64,000 nt of DNA from an uncultured Gemmatimonadales bacterium (lineage in GTDB: Bacteria > Gemmatimonadota > Gemmatimonadetes > Gemmatimonadales > GWC2-71-9). A program made the position numbers and the translations under genes. The stretch is from contig CAVXLC010000002.1 of NCBI GenBank assembly GCA_963762545.1, positions 1,275,629 to 1,339,628 on the forward strand, in the 5' to 3' direction. The notes below the pieces were generated by a model. That model was not told the DNA's origin. It saw only the letters and a program-made list of their open reading frames with translations, and did not search any database. Positions 28,047 to 36,908 of this stretch are shown here, in pieces (the stretch's first letter is position 1; every line of letters begins with the position of its first letter).

Positions 28047-30304
28047 GCGCCCTCTCCCCAGTCCCGCTCCAGCCCGGCGAACGCCACCAGCAGCTGCTTC
28101 AGTCCCACGTCGGGGTCGTCGAACAGGACGCCGACCTTGAGGTCCTTGCCGAGCCCGGACAGGCCCTGCACCGTGCCGCTGCCGAACTTGCGATGGCGGA
28201 CCCGCTCGCCCTTGACCAGACGGGGCGCGTCCTGGTTCTGCTGGTCTTCCTGAATGGCGTAGAGCCGGACCGGGGTGGCCCGGGGCACGCTGGTCACTTC
28301 CCACGGCGCGAGCCACCCGCCCGAGGTGCGCTTGGGCGCCCAGAGCGACGCGGTGCTGCGCTCCTCGAGCAGCTCGGCGGGGACCGACTCCACGAACCGC
28401 GAGACCATGCCGGGCCGGAGCTCGCCGCCGCGGCGCCGGGCCCGGGCCCAGCTGAGATACAGCTTGTCCTTGGCGCGGGTAAGCCCGACGTAGAACAGGC
28501 GGCGCTCCTCCTCGAGACCCGCCTGGGTGTCCATCGCCCGGGCCAGCGGGAAGAGTCCGTCCTCCAGCCCCGCCAGCACCACCACCGGCCATTCCAGCCC
28601 CTTGGCGGTGTGCAGGGTCATGAGGGTCACGCCGTCGTCGCCGTCGCTCTTGTCGACCGCCGAGAGCAGCGCCGCCTCGGTGAGATAGCGTTCCAGGGGC
28701 GTGCTCCCGTCCTCCTCGGTCACGACCTCGGACCACTCGGCGGCGCCGGCCACCAGCTCCCGCACATTCTCCCAGCGGTCGGCGCCGTCCGGGCCCTCGG
28801 CCAGGAGCACCGCCTCGTAGTCGATGGCCCGGATCAGCTCCTCGAGAATCAGCACCGGCGCCGCCGCGGCGCTCCGGACCCGCAAGTCGTCGATCAGCCC
28901 GGCGAAGCGCTGCAGGCCCTCGCGCACGTTGGGCCGGAGCCCGGTGATGCGATCGGCGATCCGCGCGGTTTCCAGCAGGGTCTTGCCCCAGCCGGTGGCG
29001 GCGGTGCGGAAGGTCTCCAGGCTCGCGTCGCCGATGCCGCGCCGCGGCACGGCGATGGCGCGCAGGAAGGCCTCGTCATCCGAGGGATTGGCCACCAGCC
29101 GCAGATAACCGAGCAGGTCCTTGACCTCGCGGCGCTCGTAGAAGCTGATGGCGCCGACGACCCGGTAGGCCACGCCGGCGCGGCGGAAGGATTCCTCCAT
29201 CGCGCGGGACTGGGAGTTGGTGCGATAGAGCACCGCCATGTCTTCCAGGGCCCATTCGCCGGCGGAGCTGCGCTTGGCCAGCTCGCGCGCGATGTACTCG
29301 GCCTCGTCCCGTTCGTCCGCCGCGGCCACCACGGTCACCGACTCGCCGCCGGCCCGCCGGGTCCGCAGGGTCTTGCCGAGGCGTCCGGTGTTTCTCGCGA
29401 TGGCGGCATTGGCCGCGTCCAGGATGATGTGGGTAGACCGGTAGTTCTCCTCGAGGCGGACCACGCGCACACCGGCGAAGTCCTTCTGGAAGTCGAGCAT
29501 GTTCCGCACTTCGGCGCCGCGCCAGCCGTAGATGGACTGATCATCGTCTCCCACCGCGAAGACGTTGCCGTGGCCGCCCAGGTGGCGCACCAGCTCGTAC
29601 TGGGCCCGGTTGGTGTCCTGGAATTCGTCGACCATCACGAAGGCAAAGCGATCCCGCCACCACGCCAGGCGATCGGGGTGCTCCCGGAACAGGGTGAGCG
29701 GATGGAGCATCAGATCGTCGAAATCCATGGCGTTCTGCCGCTTGAGCGCGGCCGCCAGGGGATCCATCAGCTCGGCGGCGATCTGGGTGAGCCGATCGAA
29801 CCCGGCGGCCTCGGCGAGCTGATCGGCCGACATCATCCGGTTCTTGGCCGAGGAGATCACGGCCTGGACGGCACGGGGCGGAAAGAGCTTGGCGGCGATG
29901 TTCCGCTCTTCGAGCAGCCGGCGAATCAGCGCCAGACGGTCGTCTTCGTCGAAGATGGTGAACTGGCGGGAGAACCCCAGCCGCTCGGCTTCGCGTCGCA
30001 GCAGCCGCGCCGACAGGCTGTGAAAGGTCCCGATCCAGAGGCCGGCCGGGTCGCGCGCCAGGAGGGTCGCGATCCGCTGCTTCATCTCGGCGGCGGCCTT
30101 GTTGGTGAACGTCACCGCGAAGATCCGCTCCGGCGGCACCCCGTGCTCGTCCATCAGCACGGCGATGCGGGTCGTCAGCACCCGGGTCTTGCCGGAGCCG
30201 GCGCCGGCCAGGACCAGGAGCGGCCCCGACACGTGCGCCACGGCCTCCCGCTGTTCGGGGTTCAGGGTCCGGGCCCAGTCCCTGCCGGGCGGTCCGGCCG
30301 TCAT
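28043..30304 (-). CDS. uvrD: ATP-dependent DNA helicase, UvrD/PcrA family (SF1)
   Basis: ATG at 30304. Sequence: LNPEQREAV.H..GPLLVLAGAGSGKTRVLT.RIA.L......PPERI.AVTFTNKAA.EMK.RI; VDEFQDTN..QYELV; GDDDQSIY.WRGA; YRST..I; TLHTAKGLEWPVV.L.G.E.G.FP; EERRLFYVG.TRA. Confidence 0.9.
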   Translation of the reverse strand: MTAGPPGRDWARTLNPEQREAVAHVSGPLLVLAGAGSGKTRVLTTRIAVLMDEHGVPPERIFAVTFTNKAAAEMKQRIATLLARDPAGLWIGTFHSLSARLLRREAERLGFSRQFTIFDEDDRLALIRRLLEERNIAAKLFPPRAVQAVISSAKNRMMSADQLAEAAGFDRLTQIAAELMDPLAAALKRQNAMDFDDLMLHPLTLFREHPDRLAWWRDRFAFVMVDEFQDTNRAQYELVRHLGGHGNVFAVGDDDQSIYGWRGAEVRNMLDFQKDFAGVRVVRLEENYRSTHIILDAANAAIARNTGRLGKTLRTRRAGGESVTVVAAADERDEAEYIARELAKRSSAGEWALEDMAVLYRTNSQSRAMEESFRRAGVAYRVVGAISFYERREVKDLLGYLRLVANPSDDEAFLRAIAVPRRGIGDASLETFRTAATGWGKTLLETARIADRITGLRPNVREGLQRFAGLIDDLRVRSAAAAPVLILEELIRAIDYEAVLLAEGPDGADRWENVRELVAGAAEWSEVVTEEDGSTPLERYLTEAALLSAVDKSDGDDGVTLMTLHTAKGLEWPVVVLAGLEDGLFPLARAMDTQAGLEEERRLFYVGLTRAKDKLYLSWARARRRGGELRPGMVSRFVESVPAELLEERSTASLWAPKRTSGGWLAPWEVTSVPRATPVRLYAIQEDQQNQDAPRLVKGERVRHRKFGSGTVQGLSGLGKDLKVGVLFDDPDVGLKQLLVAFAGLERDWGEGA

Positions 30305-30305
30305 C

Positions 30306-31586
30306 TCAGCCAGGGAGCAGCCGCTCGGCGCCGAGGTAGGAGGCCAGGGCGGCCGGGATCCGGACCGATCCGTCGGCGGCCTGGTGGTTCTCCAGCAGCG
30401 CGGCAATGGTCCGCGCAAAGGCGACGCCGGAGGCGTTGAGGGTGTGGACGAACTCCGGCTTGGCGCCGGGCGCGGGCCGGAACCGGATGTTGGCGCGGCG
30501 GGCCTGGAAATCGGTGAACGTGCTCGCGCTGCTGCACTCGAGCCAGGCGCCCACGCCGGCGGCCCAGACCTCGAGGTCGTAGGTCCGGGCGGCGCTGAAT
30601 CCGGTGTCGCCGGTGGCGAGCTCCACCACGCGGTACGGCAGCTCGAGCCGCTGCAGCACCGATTCTGCGTGTCCGGTCAGGAGCTGGTGCTCCGACTCGC
30701 TCGTCTCGGGGCGGGTCAGGCGGACCAGCTCCACCTTGTCGAACTGGTGGACCCGGAGCAGCCCGCGGGTATCCTTGCCCGCCGCGCCCGCCTCGCGCCG
30801 GAAGCAGGGGGTGAAGGCCACGAAGGCCCTGGGGAGGTCGGCCGCGTCGAGAATCTCGTCCCGGTGGAGATTGGTCACCGGCACCTCGGCGGTCGGAATG
30901 AGGAAGAGATCGTCCCGCGGCAGCGCGTAGAGATCGTCCTCGAACTTGGGAAGCTGGCCGGTGCCGGTGAGGGAAGCGCGGTTCACCACCAGCGGAGGCG
31001 CCACTTCCAGGTAGCCGTGCTCGCGGGTGTGCAGGTCGAGCATGAAGTTCGCGAGCGCGCGAACCAGCCGCGCTCCGGCGCCGATGAAGACCGGGAACCC
31101 CGAACCGGAGAGCTTGGCGCCCCGGGCCAGGTCGAGGAGGCCCAGCTGTTCGCCCAGCTCCCAGTGCGGCTTCGGCGCGAAGGCGAACTGGGGCCGGGCT
31201 CCCCACTCCCGCACCACCCGGTTGGCGGCGGCGGAACCGGTGGGCGTCGCGGGGTGCGGCAGGTTGGGGAGCCGGAGCAGCTCCTGATGCAGCCGCTCGT
31301 CCAGCTCCCGGGTTTCGGCGTCGAGCGCCTTGACCCGGTCGGAGGAGAGCTTCAGCGACGCGAGGAGCTCGTCGGCGGGTTCCCTGGCGCGCTTGCGGCG
31401 GGCCACCTCCTCGGTGGCCGCGTTGCGCTGGGCCTTGAGCTGCTCGGCCTCGGTGATGCGCTCGCGCCACCGGCGGTCGAGGGCCAGCACCTCCTCCAGC
31501 GCCGCGGCGACCGTGTCATCCTCGCGGCGCAAGAGAGCCGCCCGCACACCGGCGGGATCCTGCCTGAGCAGTTTGACGTCGATCAC
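30306..31586 (-). CDS. serS: Serine--tRNA ligase
   Basis: GTG at 31586 (GTGA overlap with the upstream stop). Sequence: IDVKLLR.DP..V.......R; a coiled-coil arm; H.ELG..LGL.D...GAK..GSGF.......GA.L.RAL..FMLD.H....GY.E...P..VN......TGQLPKF..D.Y; TAEVP.TN; FRREAG..GKDTRGL.RVHQF.KVE. Confidence 0.95.
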   Translation of the reverse strand: MIDVKLLRQDPAGVRAALLRREDDTVAAALEEVLALDRRWRERITEAEQLKAQRNAATEEVARRKRAREPADELLASLKLSSDRVKALDAETRELDERLHQELLRLPNLPHPATPTGSAAANRVVREWGARPQFAFAPKPHWELGEQLGLLDLARGAKLSGSGFPVFIGAGARLVRALANFMLDLHTREHGYLEVAPPLVVNRASLTGTGQLPKFEDDLYALPRDDLFLIPTAEVPVTNLHRDEILDAADLPRAFVAFTPCFRREAGAAGKDTRGLLRVHQFDKVELVRLTRPETSESEHQLLTGHAESVLQRLELPYRVVELATGDTGFSAARTYDLEVWAAGVGAWLECSSASTFTDFQARRANIRFRPAPGAKPEFVHTLNASGVAFARTIAALLENHQAADGSVRIPAALASYLGAERLLPG

Positions 31587-32155
31587 TTCTTGGGAATTCC
31601 GAGCTCGAGCCCGCGGTACCCGCAGTTGATATCCGTGACGATCCGAAACGTCATCGACCGGGTGGGCGCGTCGATGGCGAGCACTTCCATTTTGGCGTAG
31701 TAGGGGACGCCCAGCGAGCAGCTCCCATCCTGGAGGGCGCGCACGTAGTACACCTTGCCGACGCCGGCCGGCACCGTGTCCTTGGTGACGTAGCCGAGCT
31801 GCTGGGCGATGGTGATCTGATCGAATGGCGTGGGCGTTTCCTGGAAGCCGGGAATCCCGCCGCTGGTGCCGGTGTTCACCACCGCGCCGAGCGGCAGCAG
31901 GATGGTCCGGCCCGCGGGATCGACATCGTAGATGAAGTCGAAGGTCGAGACCTGGTCCAGCCGGACCCGCTGCCGCCCCAGGATGTTGTACCCGGAGGGA
32001 AGGTTGATGGCCGTGTTGGTGGCCGCCCACACCGTGACGGTATCCTCGCGATTTTCGATCTGCGCCGGGAGGAGGCTGAGCGGGTCGCCGCAGCCCGACA
32101 GGGCCGCCGCGGCCAGGAGGGCGCAGAAGGCGGAAGACCGACCGATCGAACGCAT
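31583..32155 (-). CDS. Hypothetical lipoprotein
   Basis: Signal plus lipobox MRSIGRSSAFCALLAAAALSGC. It is 190 aa and I recognise no family. It is the first gene of the serS-uvrD-gatCAB chain. Confidence 0.6.
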   Translation of the reverse strand: MRSIGRSSAFCALLAAAALSGCGDPLSLLPAQIENREDTVTVWAATNTAINLPSGYNILGRQRVRLDQVSTFDFIYDVDPAGRTILLPLGAVVNTGTSGGIPGFQETPTPFDQITIAQQLGYVTKDTVPAGVGKVYYVRALQDGSCSLGVPYYAKMEVLAIDAPTRSMTFRIVTDINCGYRGLELGIPKK

Positions 32156-32210
32156 GCTAGGACCCCAAGTTTAAGGGGGGACCCAAGTGGGGTCAACTCA
32201 AAGTGTTTTC

Positions 32211-32239
32211 TTGACTTCGGTCATGTCGTCTCCTAACCT
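32211..32239 (+). promoter_or_regulatory. Candidate promoter TTGACT-17-TAACCT for the Roadblock-led operon
   Basis: TTGACT at 32211-32216, a 17-nt spacer, then TAACCT at 32234-32239, 41 nt before the ATG at 32281. AAGAGG provides the SD at 32270-32275. This is a sequence match only. Confidence 0.3.
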
Positions 32240-32280
32240 TCCGCCACCTCCTGACCCCCCCAAAAAACCAAAGAGGCGCC

Positions 32281-32634
32281 ATGGGAGGCTTGCGCGAGAT
32301 CATCCAGGGCTTCGACGCAGGCGACTCGGTGCGCGGAGCGGCCATCATCAGCGAGGATGGCCTGGTCATCCATGACGCCTTGAACGCCGAAGCCGACGGC
32401 GATGCGGTGGCCGCGCTCGCCGTGACCACCATGCGGCACGCCGAGCAATTCGGCGGCGCGGGCCGCTGCGGCCCGCTGCGGACCGCGGTGCTCGATTTCG
32501 GCGAGGGGCCCGCCATCCTCACCGCCCTCGGTACCTCCGCCACGCTGGTCGTGCTGGCCCGGCCGGGGCGCGACCTGGGGCCCCTGCTCTTCGAGATCCG
32601 CACCCGGCATTCCTCCCTCACCGGTCTGCTCTAG
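32281..32634 (+). CDS. Roadblock/LC7 (MglB-like) domain protein
   Basis: 117 aa: V.GAAIISEDGLVIH..L....DGDAVAAL......HAEQ......G.L....LDFG.GP..L..L....TLVVLA. This is the typical Robl_LC7 pattern. Confidence 0.75.
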   Translation: MGGLREIIQGFDAGDSVRGAAIISEDGLVIHDALNAEADGDAVAALAVTTMRHAEQFGGAGRCGPLRTAVLDFGEGPAILTALGTSATLVVLARPGRDLGPLLFEIRTRHSSLTGLL

Positions 32635-32636
32635 CG

Positions 32637-33665
32637 ATGGATTGGGCCGTCATCATCGCCGGAGGCTCCGGGACCCGCTTCTGGCCGCTCTCGTCACCGT
32701 CCCGGCCCAAGCAGCTCCTGCCGCTCGCGGGCGCACGCTCTACCGCGCAGGAAACCCTGGACCGGCTGGAGGGGCTGATTCCGCCATCGCGCACGCTGGT
32801 GGTCACCGGTGCCCGGCTCGCCCCGATGATGATTGAGCACCTGCGCCTCGATCCGGCCAACGTGCTGGTCGAGCCGCGCGCGGCGTCGACGGGGCCGGCG
32901 CTGGTCTGGGCCACCGCGGAAATTCTGCGCCGCGATCCCTCGGCAGCGGTGCTGGCGCTCCACGCCGACTGGGCGGTAGGCGATCGCGAGGGCTTCATCC
33001 GGACCGCGGAGTCGGCGCTGTTTGCCGCCCGGAACCACGACCGGCTGGTGACGGTCGGTATCGTGCCGAGTCGGCCGGAAACCGGATACGGATACATCAT
33101 TCCGGGCCCGCCGCTCGACGCTGAGGCCCGGACGGTCGCCCGATTTACCGAGAAGCCCGACGCCGCCACCGCGCTCGACCTGATGGCGCAGGGCGCGCTC
33201 TGGAACAGCGGACTCTTTGCCTGGACCGCGCCGCGCCTCCTCGCCGAGGTGCGCGCCCACACGCCCGAGATCGCCCCGCAGCTCATTCACCTCGCGGAAG
33301 GCAACGTGCCCGGGTTCTTCGAGGCGGTGACGCCGATCACCATCGATGTCGGCGTGCTGGAGCGCAGCGAGGCGGTGGCCGTGGTCCCGGGACACTTCGA
33401 CTGGGACGACATCGGGACCTGGGAAGCGCTGGCCCGGGTCCGCCCGCGTGACCAGCGCGGCAACGTCGTGGTCGGCCCGGTGACGATGTTCGAGTCCAGC
33501 GATTGCATCGCCTGGAGCGACGGGCCCGCCGTCGTGGTGAGCGGCATGCGCGACGTGATCGTGGTGGCGGCCAACGGGCGGGTGCTGGTGCTCGCGCGAT
33601 CGGACGCCGCGGATCTCAAGCGCACCCTCGGCGCCCTGCCCCCCGACGTCCGGGACATTCCGTGA
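32637..33665 (+). CDS. Mannose-1-phosphate guanylyltransferase-type sugar nucleotidyltransferase
   Basis: MDWAVIIAGGSGTRFWPLS....PKQLL.L.G..S..QET..RL..L.......VVT; GIVP.RPETGYGYI; V..F.EKPD...A......G..WNSG.F.W; ID.GV.ER......VVP..F.W.D.G.W.AL. Confidence 0.85.
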   Translation: MDWAVIIAGGSGTRFWPLSSPSRPKQLLPLAGARSTAQETLDRLEGLIPPSRTLVVTGARLAPMMIEHLRLDPANVLVEPRAASTGPALVWATAEILRRDPSAAVLALHADWAVGDREGFIRTAESALFAARNHDRLVTVGIVPSRPETGYGYIIPGPPLDAEARTVARFTEKPDAATALDLMAQGALWNSGLFAWTAPRLLAEVRAHTPEIAPQLIHLAEGNVPGFFEAVTPITIDVGVLERSEAVAVVPGHFDWDDIGTWEALARVRPRDQRGNVVVGPVTMFESSDCIAWSDGPAVVVSGMRDVIVVAANGRVLVLARSDAADLKRTLGALPPDVRDIP

Positions 33666-34828
33666 CCCGTCTGGTCTGTCTCGAGCCCGCGAGTCCCGGC
33701 CCGGCGTGGCAGCCCGTTGCCGGCGCGCGCCCGATCGCCGAGCTGCGCGCCGGGGCCTGGCGCATTCGGGATCGCTGGGCCGGCCTGCTCGGACTCGAGG
33801 CGACCGTCGTCATGGGCAATCACGTGGCGCAGTTTGCCGACGTGGATTCCGCGCCGGTCATTCCCCACGGGCCGGTGTCGGGGCCCGCGGTGGTCGTGCG
33901 CTCCGATTTCGCGCCCTCCGGCCGCGGCTTCGCGCTCGCCGCCGGCGTGCGCCGGCTCACCGCCCGGGATACGACGGTGGCCTGGATCGTCCCGGCGGAC
34001 GAGACCTGGGAGGGGCCCCTCGAGGAGGGGGCCGCCGTCCCGGTGGACGGGCTGTTGCTCCAGGGCGCCGGGGACCTGATCACCGCCCTCGAGCACCTGC
34101 TGCGCGCCGATTGTTCCGACGCGCTGGCCGCCGGGCCCGATCCGGTTCCCGACGGCGCGATCGTCCTGGGAGACGCGGGCGATGTCGGCTGCTTCGGCGC
34201 GTCGGTCGAGCCGGGGGTGGTCTTCGACGTCCGCCATGGGGCCGTGGTCCTCGAGGAAGGCGTCCAGGTCCGCTCCGGCACCCGCCTGGAGGGCCCGCTC
34301 TTCGCCGGGCCGGGCAGCGTGCTGCTGGGCGGCGCGATCCGGCATTCCGCCATCGGCCCGCGCTGCCGGGTCCAGGGAGAGATGTCCACCACCGTCATGC
34401 TCGGCTATGCCAACAAGAGCCACGACGGTTTCGTGGGCCACAGCCTGATCGGCCAGTGGGTCAACCTGGGCGCGGGCACCATCACCTCCAATCTCAAGAA
34501 CACCTATGGCGAGGTGCGGCTCGCTCTCCCCGGCGGGCGCCTGGCCACCGGGCGCATGAATCTCGGCACCCTCTTCGGCGATCACGCCAAGACCGCCATC
34601 GGAACGATGCTGCCGACCGGCTGCGTGATCGGCGCCGGCGCGAACGTGGTGGGCGGCGCGGCGCCCAAGTGGGTGCCGCCCTTCTCCTGGGGCGGGTCCG
34701 GCGAGGATTCCCTGGATGCCGACGGGTTCGTGCGGGTCGCGAAGCGGGTCATGCCCCGGCGCAATGTGGAGGTGACCCCGCCGATCGAGGCCTCGCTCCG
34801 CGCCCTCCACGCCCGGCTCGCCCGATGA
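33662..34828 (+). CDS. Putative sugar nucleotidyltransferase with a left-handed beta-helix domain (alternative GlmU-like)
   Basis: GTG at 33662 overlaps the upstream TGA (GTGA). The C-terminal half has hexapeptide-repeat character (GHSLIGQWVNLGAGTITSNLKNTYGEVRL......TG...LG...GDH.KTAIGT.L.TG.VIGAGANV). The N-terminal half is only weakly NTP-transferase-like. Confidence 0.65.
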   Translation: MTRLVCLEPASPGPAWQPVAGARPIAELRAGAWRIRDRWAGLLGLEATVVMGNHVAQFADVDSAPVIPHGPVSGPAVVVRSDFAPSGRGFALAAGVRRLTARDTTVAWIVPADETWEGPLEEGAAVPVDGLLLQGAGDLITALEHLLRADCSDALAAGPDPVPDGAIVLGDAGDVGCFGASVEPGVVFDVRHGAVVLEEGVQVRSGTRLEGPLFAGPGSVLLGGAIRHSAIGPRCRVQGEMSTTVMLGYANKSHDGFVGHSLIGQWVNLGAGTITSNLKNTYGEVRLALPGGRLATGRMNLGTLFGDHAKTAIGTMLPTGCVIGAGANVVGGAAPKWVPPFSWGGSGEDSLDADGFVRVAKRVMPRRNVEVTPPIEASLRALHARLAR

Positions 34829-35637
34829 CCACGCTCACTATGCTGGGCTCGGGCTCGCACGGCAACGCCTGCGCGCTCTCCGCGGGCGGGGCGACGATCC
34901 TGCTCGACGCCGGCTTCAGCGCCCGGGAAATTCTCCGCCGCGCCGAGCGGGCCGGCCTCGGCCTCGACGGGTTGTGCGGCATCGCCCTCACCCACGAGCA
35001 CGGCGATCACGCGCAGGGAGCCATCCGGCTCGCCCGGCGGCACCGGGTCCCGGTGCTCGCCTCGCCCGGCACCTGGACCGCGCTGGGCGCCCCGGCCGAC
35101 GTCGAGTTCCGGCCGCTCCGCGCCACCACCCGGACCGAGTGCGGGCCATTCACGCTGGCCGGGTGTTCCCTGCTCCACGACGCCCGGGAACCGCTCGCGC
35201 TCACGGTCACCACCTTCGACGGACTGTGCCTCGGCGTGGCCTACGACTTCGGCCGCGCCACCCAGTCGCTGCGCTATCACTTCCGCGAGCTCCACGCGAT
35301 CGTGCTGGAGGCCAACTACGACGAGGTGATGCTCCGGACCAGCCAGTACCCCGCCTCGGTCCAGCACCGGATCGCCGGAAGCGGCGGGCACCTGTCCAAC
35401 CGGGCCACCGCCCAGTTCCTGACCGAGGTGCATCACGCCGGCCTGGCGACCGTCGTCCTGGCCCACCTGAGCCAGCGCTGCAATACGCCCGCGGTGGCCC
35501 GGGCCGCGGTGGAGCCGATGCTCCGGCGGTCCGGGTTCACCGGCGAGCTGTACGTGGCCGAGCAGGATGCGCCGCTCGCGCCGATCCGCATCACCGTCTC
35601 CCCGAACGCGCTGCCGGATCTCTGGGCCGCCGTCTAG
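34825..35637 (+). CDS. MBL-fold metallo-hydrolase
   Basis: ATG at 34825 (ATGA overlap). Sequence: LTMLGSGSHGNA......GGATILLDAGFS; IALTHEHGDHAQG (HxHxDH motif); HLS. Confidence 0.8.
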   Translation: MTTLTMLGSGSHGNACALSAGGATILLDAGFSAREILRRAERAGLGLDGLCGIALTHEHGDHAQGAIRLARRHRVPVLASPGTWTALGAPADVEFRPLRATTRTECGPFTLAGCSLLHDAREPLALTVTTFDGLCLGVAYDFGRATQSLRYHFRELHAIVLEANYDEVMLRTSQYPASVQHRIAGSGGHLSNRATAQFLTEVHHAGLATVVLAHLSQRCNTPAVARAAVEPMLRRSGFTGELYVAEQDAPLAPIRITVSPNALPDLWAAV

Positions 35638-35651
35638 ACCGGGTCGCCGGC

Positions 35652-36908
35652 ATGCCACGCCTCGCCCCGCTGACGTGGTGGTCCCTGGCCGCACTCGCCG
35701 GCGGCATTGCGCTGGGGCTCGTCGGGCACCTCACCGGCCTCGCGGCATTCTCCAGCGTCGCCGCCGCCGCGCAGCTGATCGGCGAGGTGTGGATCGCGGC
35801 GCTGCAGATGGTCGCGCTGCCCCTGGTCCTGGTGCTGACGCTCTCCGCCATCGGCTCGGCCCGCGCCGAGTCGGTGGGCGCCCTGGGCATCCGGGCCATC
35901 GCGCTGTACCTCATCGTCCTCGTGGCCCTCGCCGCCCTGACCCTGTCCGTGACCTCGGCGCTGGTGGCGGGTTATGGGGTGGACCCCGCCGCCGTCGCGG
36001 CGCTGAACGCCGGCGTGCACGTCCCCGAGGCGGTGCGACAGCTGCCGGCCTCGGCGGGATCCTGGATCGACCAGTTGATTCCCCGCAACGTCTTCGGGGC
36101 CGCCGCCCAGGGCCAGGTGTTTCCGCTCCTGCTGTTCACCATTCTGTTCGCCGTCGCCGTCACGCGGCTGCCGGATCCGCATCGCGCGGCGCTGATCGGG
36201 GTCTTCCAGGCGGCCTCCTCCGCGATGATGGTGGTGGTGGGGTGGCTCCTGGCGGTCACGCCGATCGGCGTCTTCGCGTTGAGCTACGTCATCACGCTGC
36301 GGACCGGTGGGTCGCTGGCCGGCCTGCTGGGCACCTACCTCGTGATCCAGCCGGGCGTCACCCTGTTCTGCCTGGCGCTGCTCTTTCTCGTGACCACGGT
36401 GCTGGGGCGGGTCTCCCCGGCGGCATTGGCCCGCGCGGCGGCCCCGGCGCAGATCGTGGCGGTGAGCACCCGCTCCTCCCTCGCCGCGCTCCCTGCCCTC
36501 ATCTCGGGAAGCCGGGCCCATCTCCGGCTCCCGCCGGCGGCGGCCGACTTCATGCTGCCGCTCAGCGTCTCCCTGTTCCGGATCAGCGAGGTCATCACCA
36601 ACCCGGTGAAGCTGGTCTTCCTGGCCCACGTCTACGGCGTGGCGCTCCAGCCCGCGGCGGTGGTCTCGTTCATCGTGACGATCATGATCTTCAGCTTCAC
36701 CGAGACCGGCACGCCGAACAGCGGCGGAGGAATCGGGTTCCGCACGGTGCCGGTCTTTCTCGCCGCCGGAATTCCGCTCGAGGGCGTGATCATCCTGGCG
36801 GCCGTGGACACGATCCCGGACATCTTCGACACCCTCGCCAACGTGACCGGACAGCTGAGCGCCACGACGATTCTCTCGGCGCGCCTGGGATCAGCCCCGG
36901 CGCCGTGA
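35652..36908 (+). CDS. Dicarboxylate/amino acid:cation symporter (DAACS/GltP family)
   Basis: ATG at 35652, about 418 aa, multi-TM. Family-like motifs are IPRNVFGAAAQGQVFPLLLFTILFAVAV, VSTRSSLAALP and GTPNSGG.G. Confidence 0.75.
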   Translation: MPRLAPLTWWSLAALAGGIALGLVGHLTGLAAFSSVAAAAQLIGEVWIAALQMVALPLVLVLTLSAIGSARAESVGALGIRAIALYLIVLVALAALTLSVTSALVAGYGVDPAAVAALNAGVHVPEAVRQLPASAGSWIDQLIPRNVFGAAAQGQVFPLLLFTILFAVAVTRLPDPHRAALIGVFQAASSAMMVVVGWLLAVTPIGVFALSYVITLRTGGSLAGLLGTYLVIQPGVTLFCLALLFLVTTVLGRVSPAALARAAAPAQIVAVSTRSSLAALPALISGSRAHLRLPPAAADFMLPLSVSLFRISEVITNPVKLVFLAHVYGVALQPAAVVSFIVTIMIFSFTETGTPNSGGGIGFRTVPVFLAAGIPLEGVIILAAVDTIPDIFDTLANVTGQLSATTILSARLGSAPAP

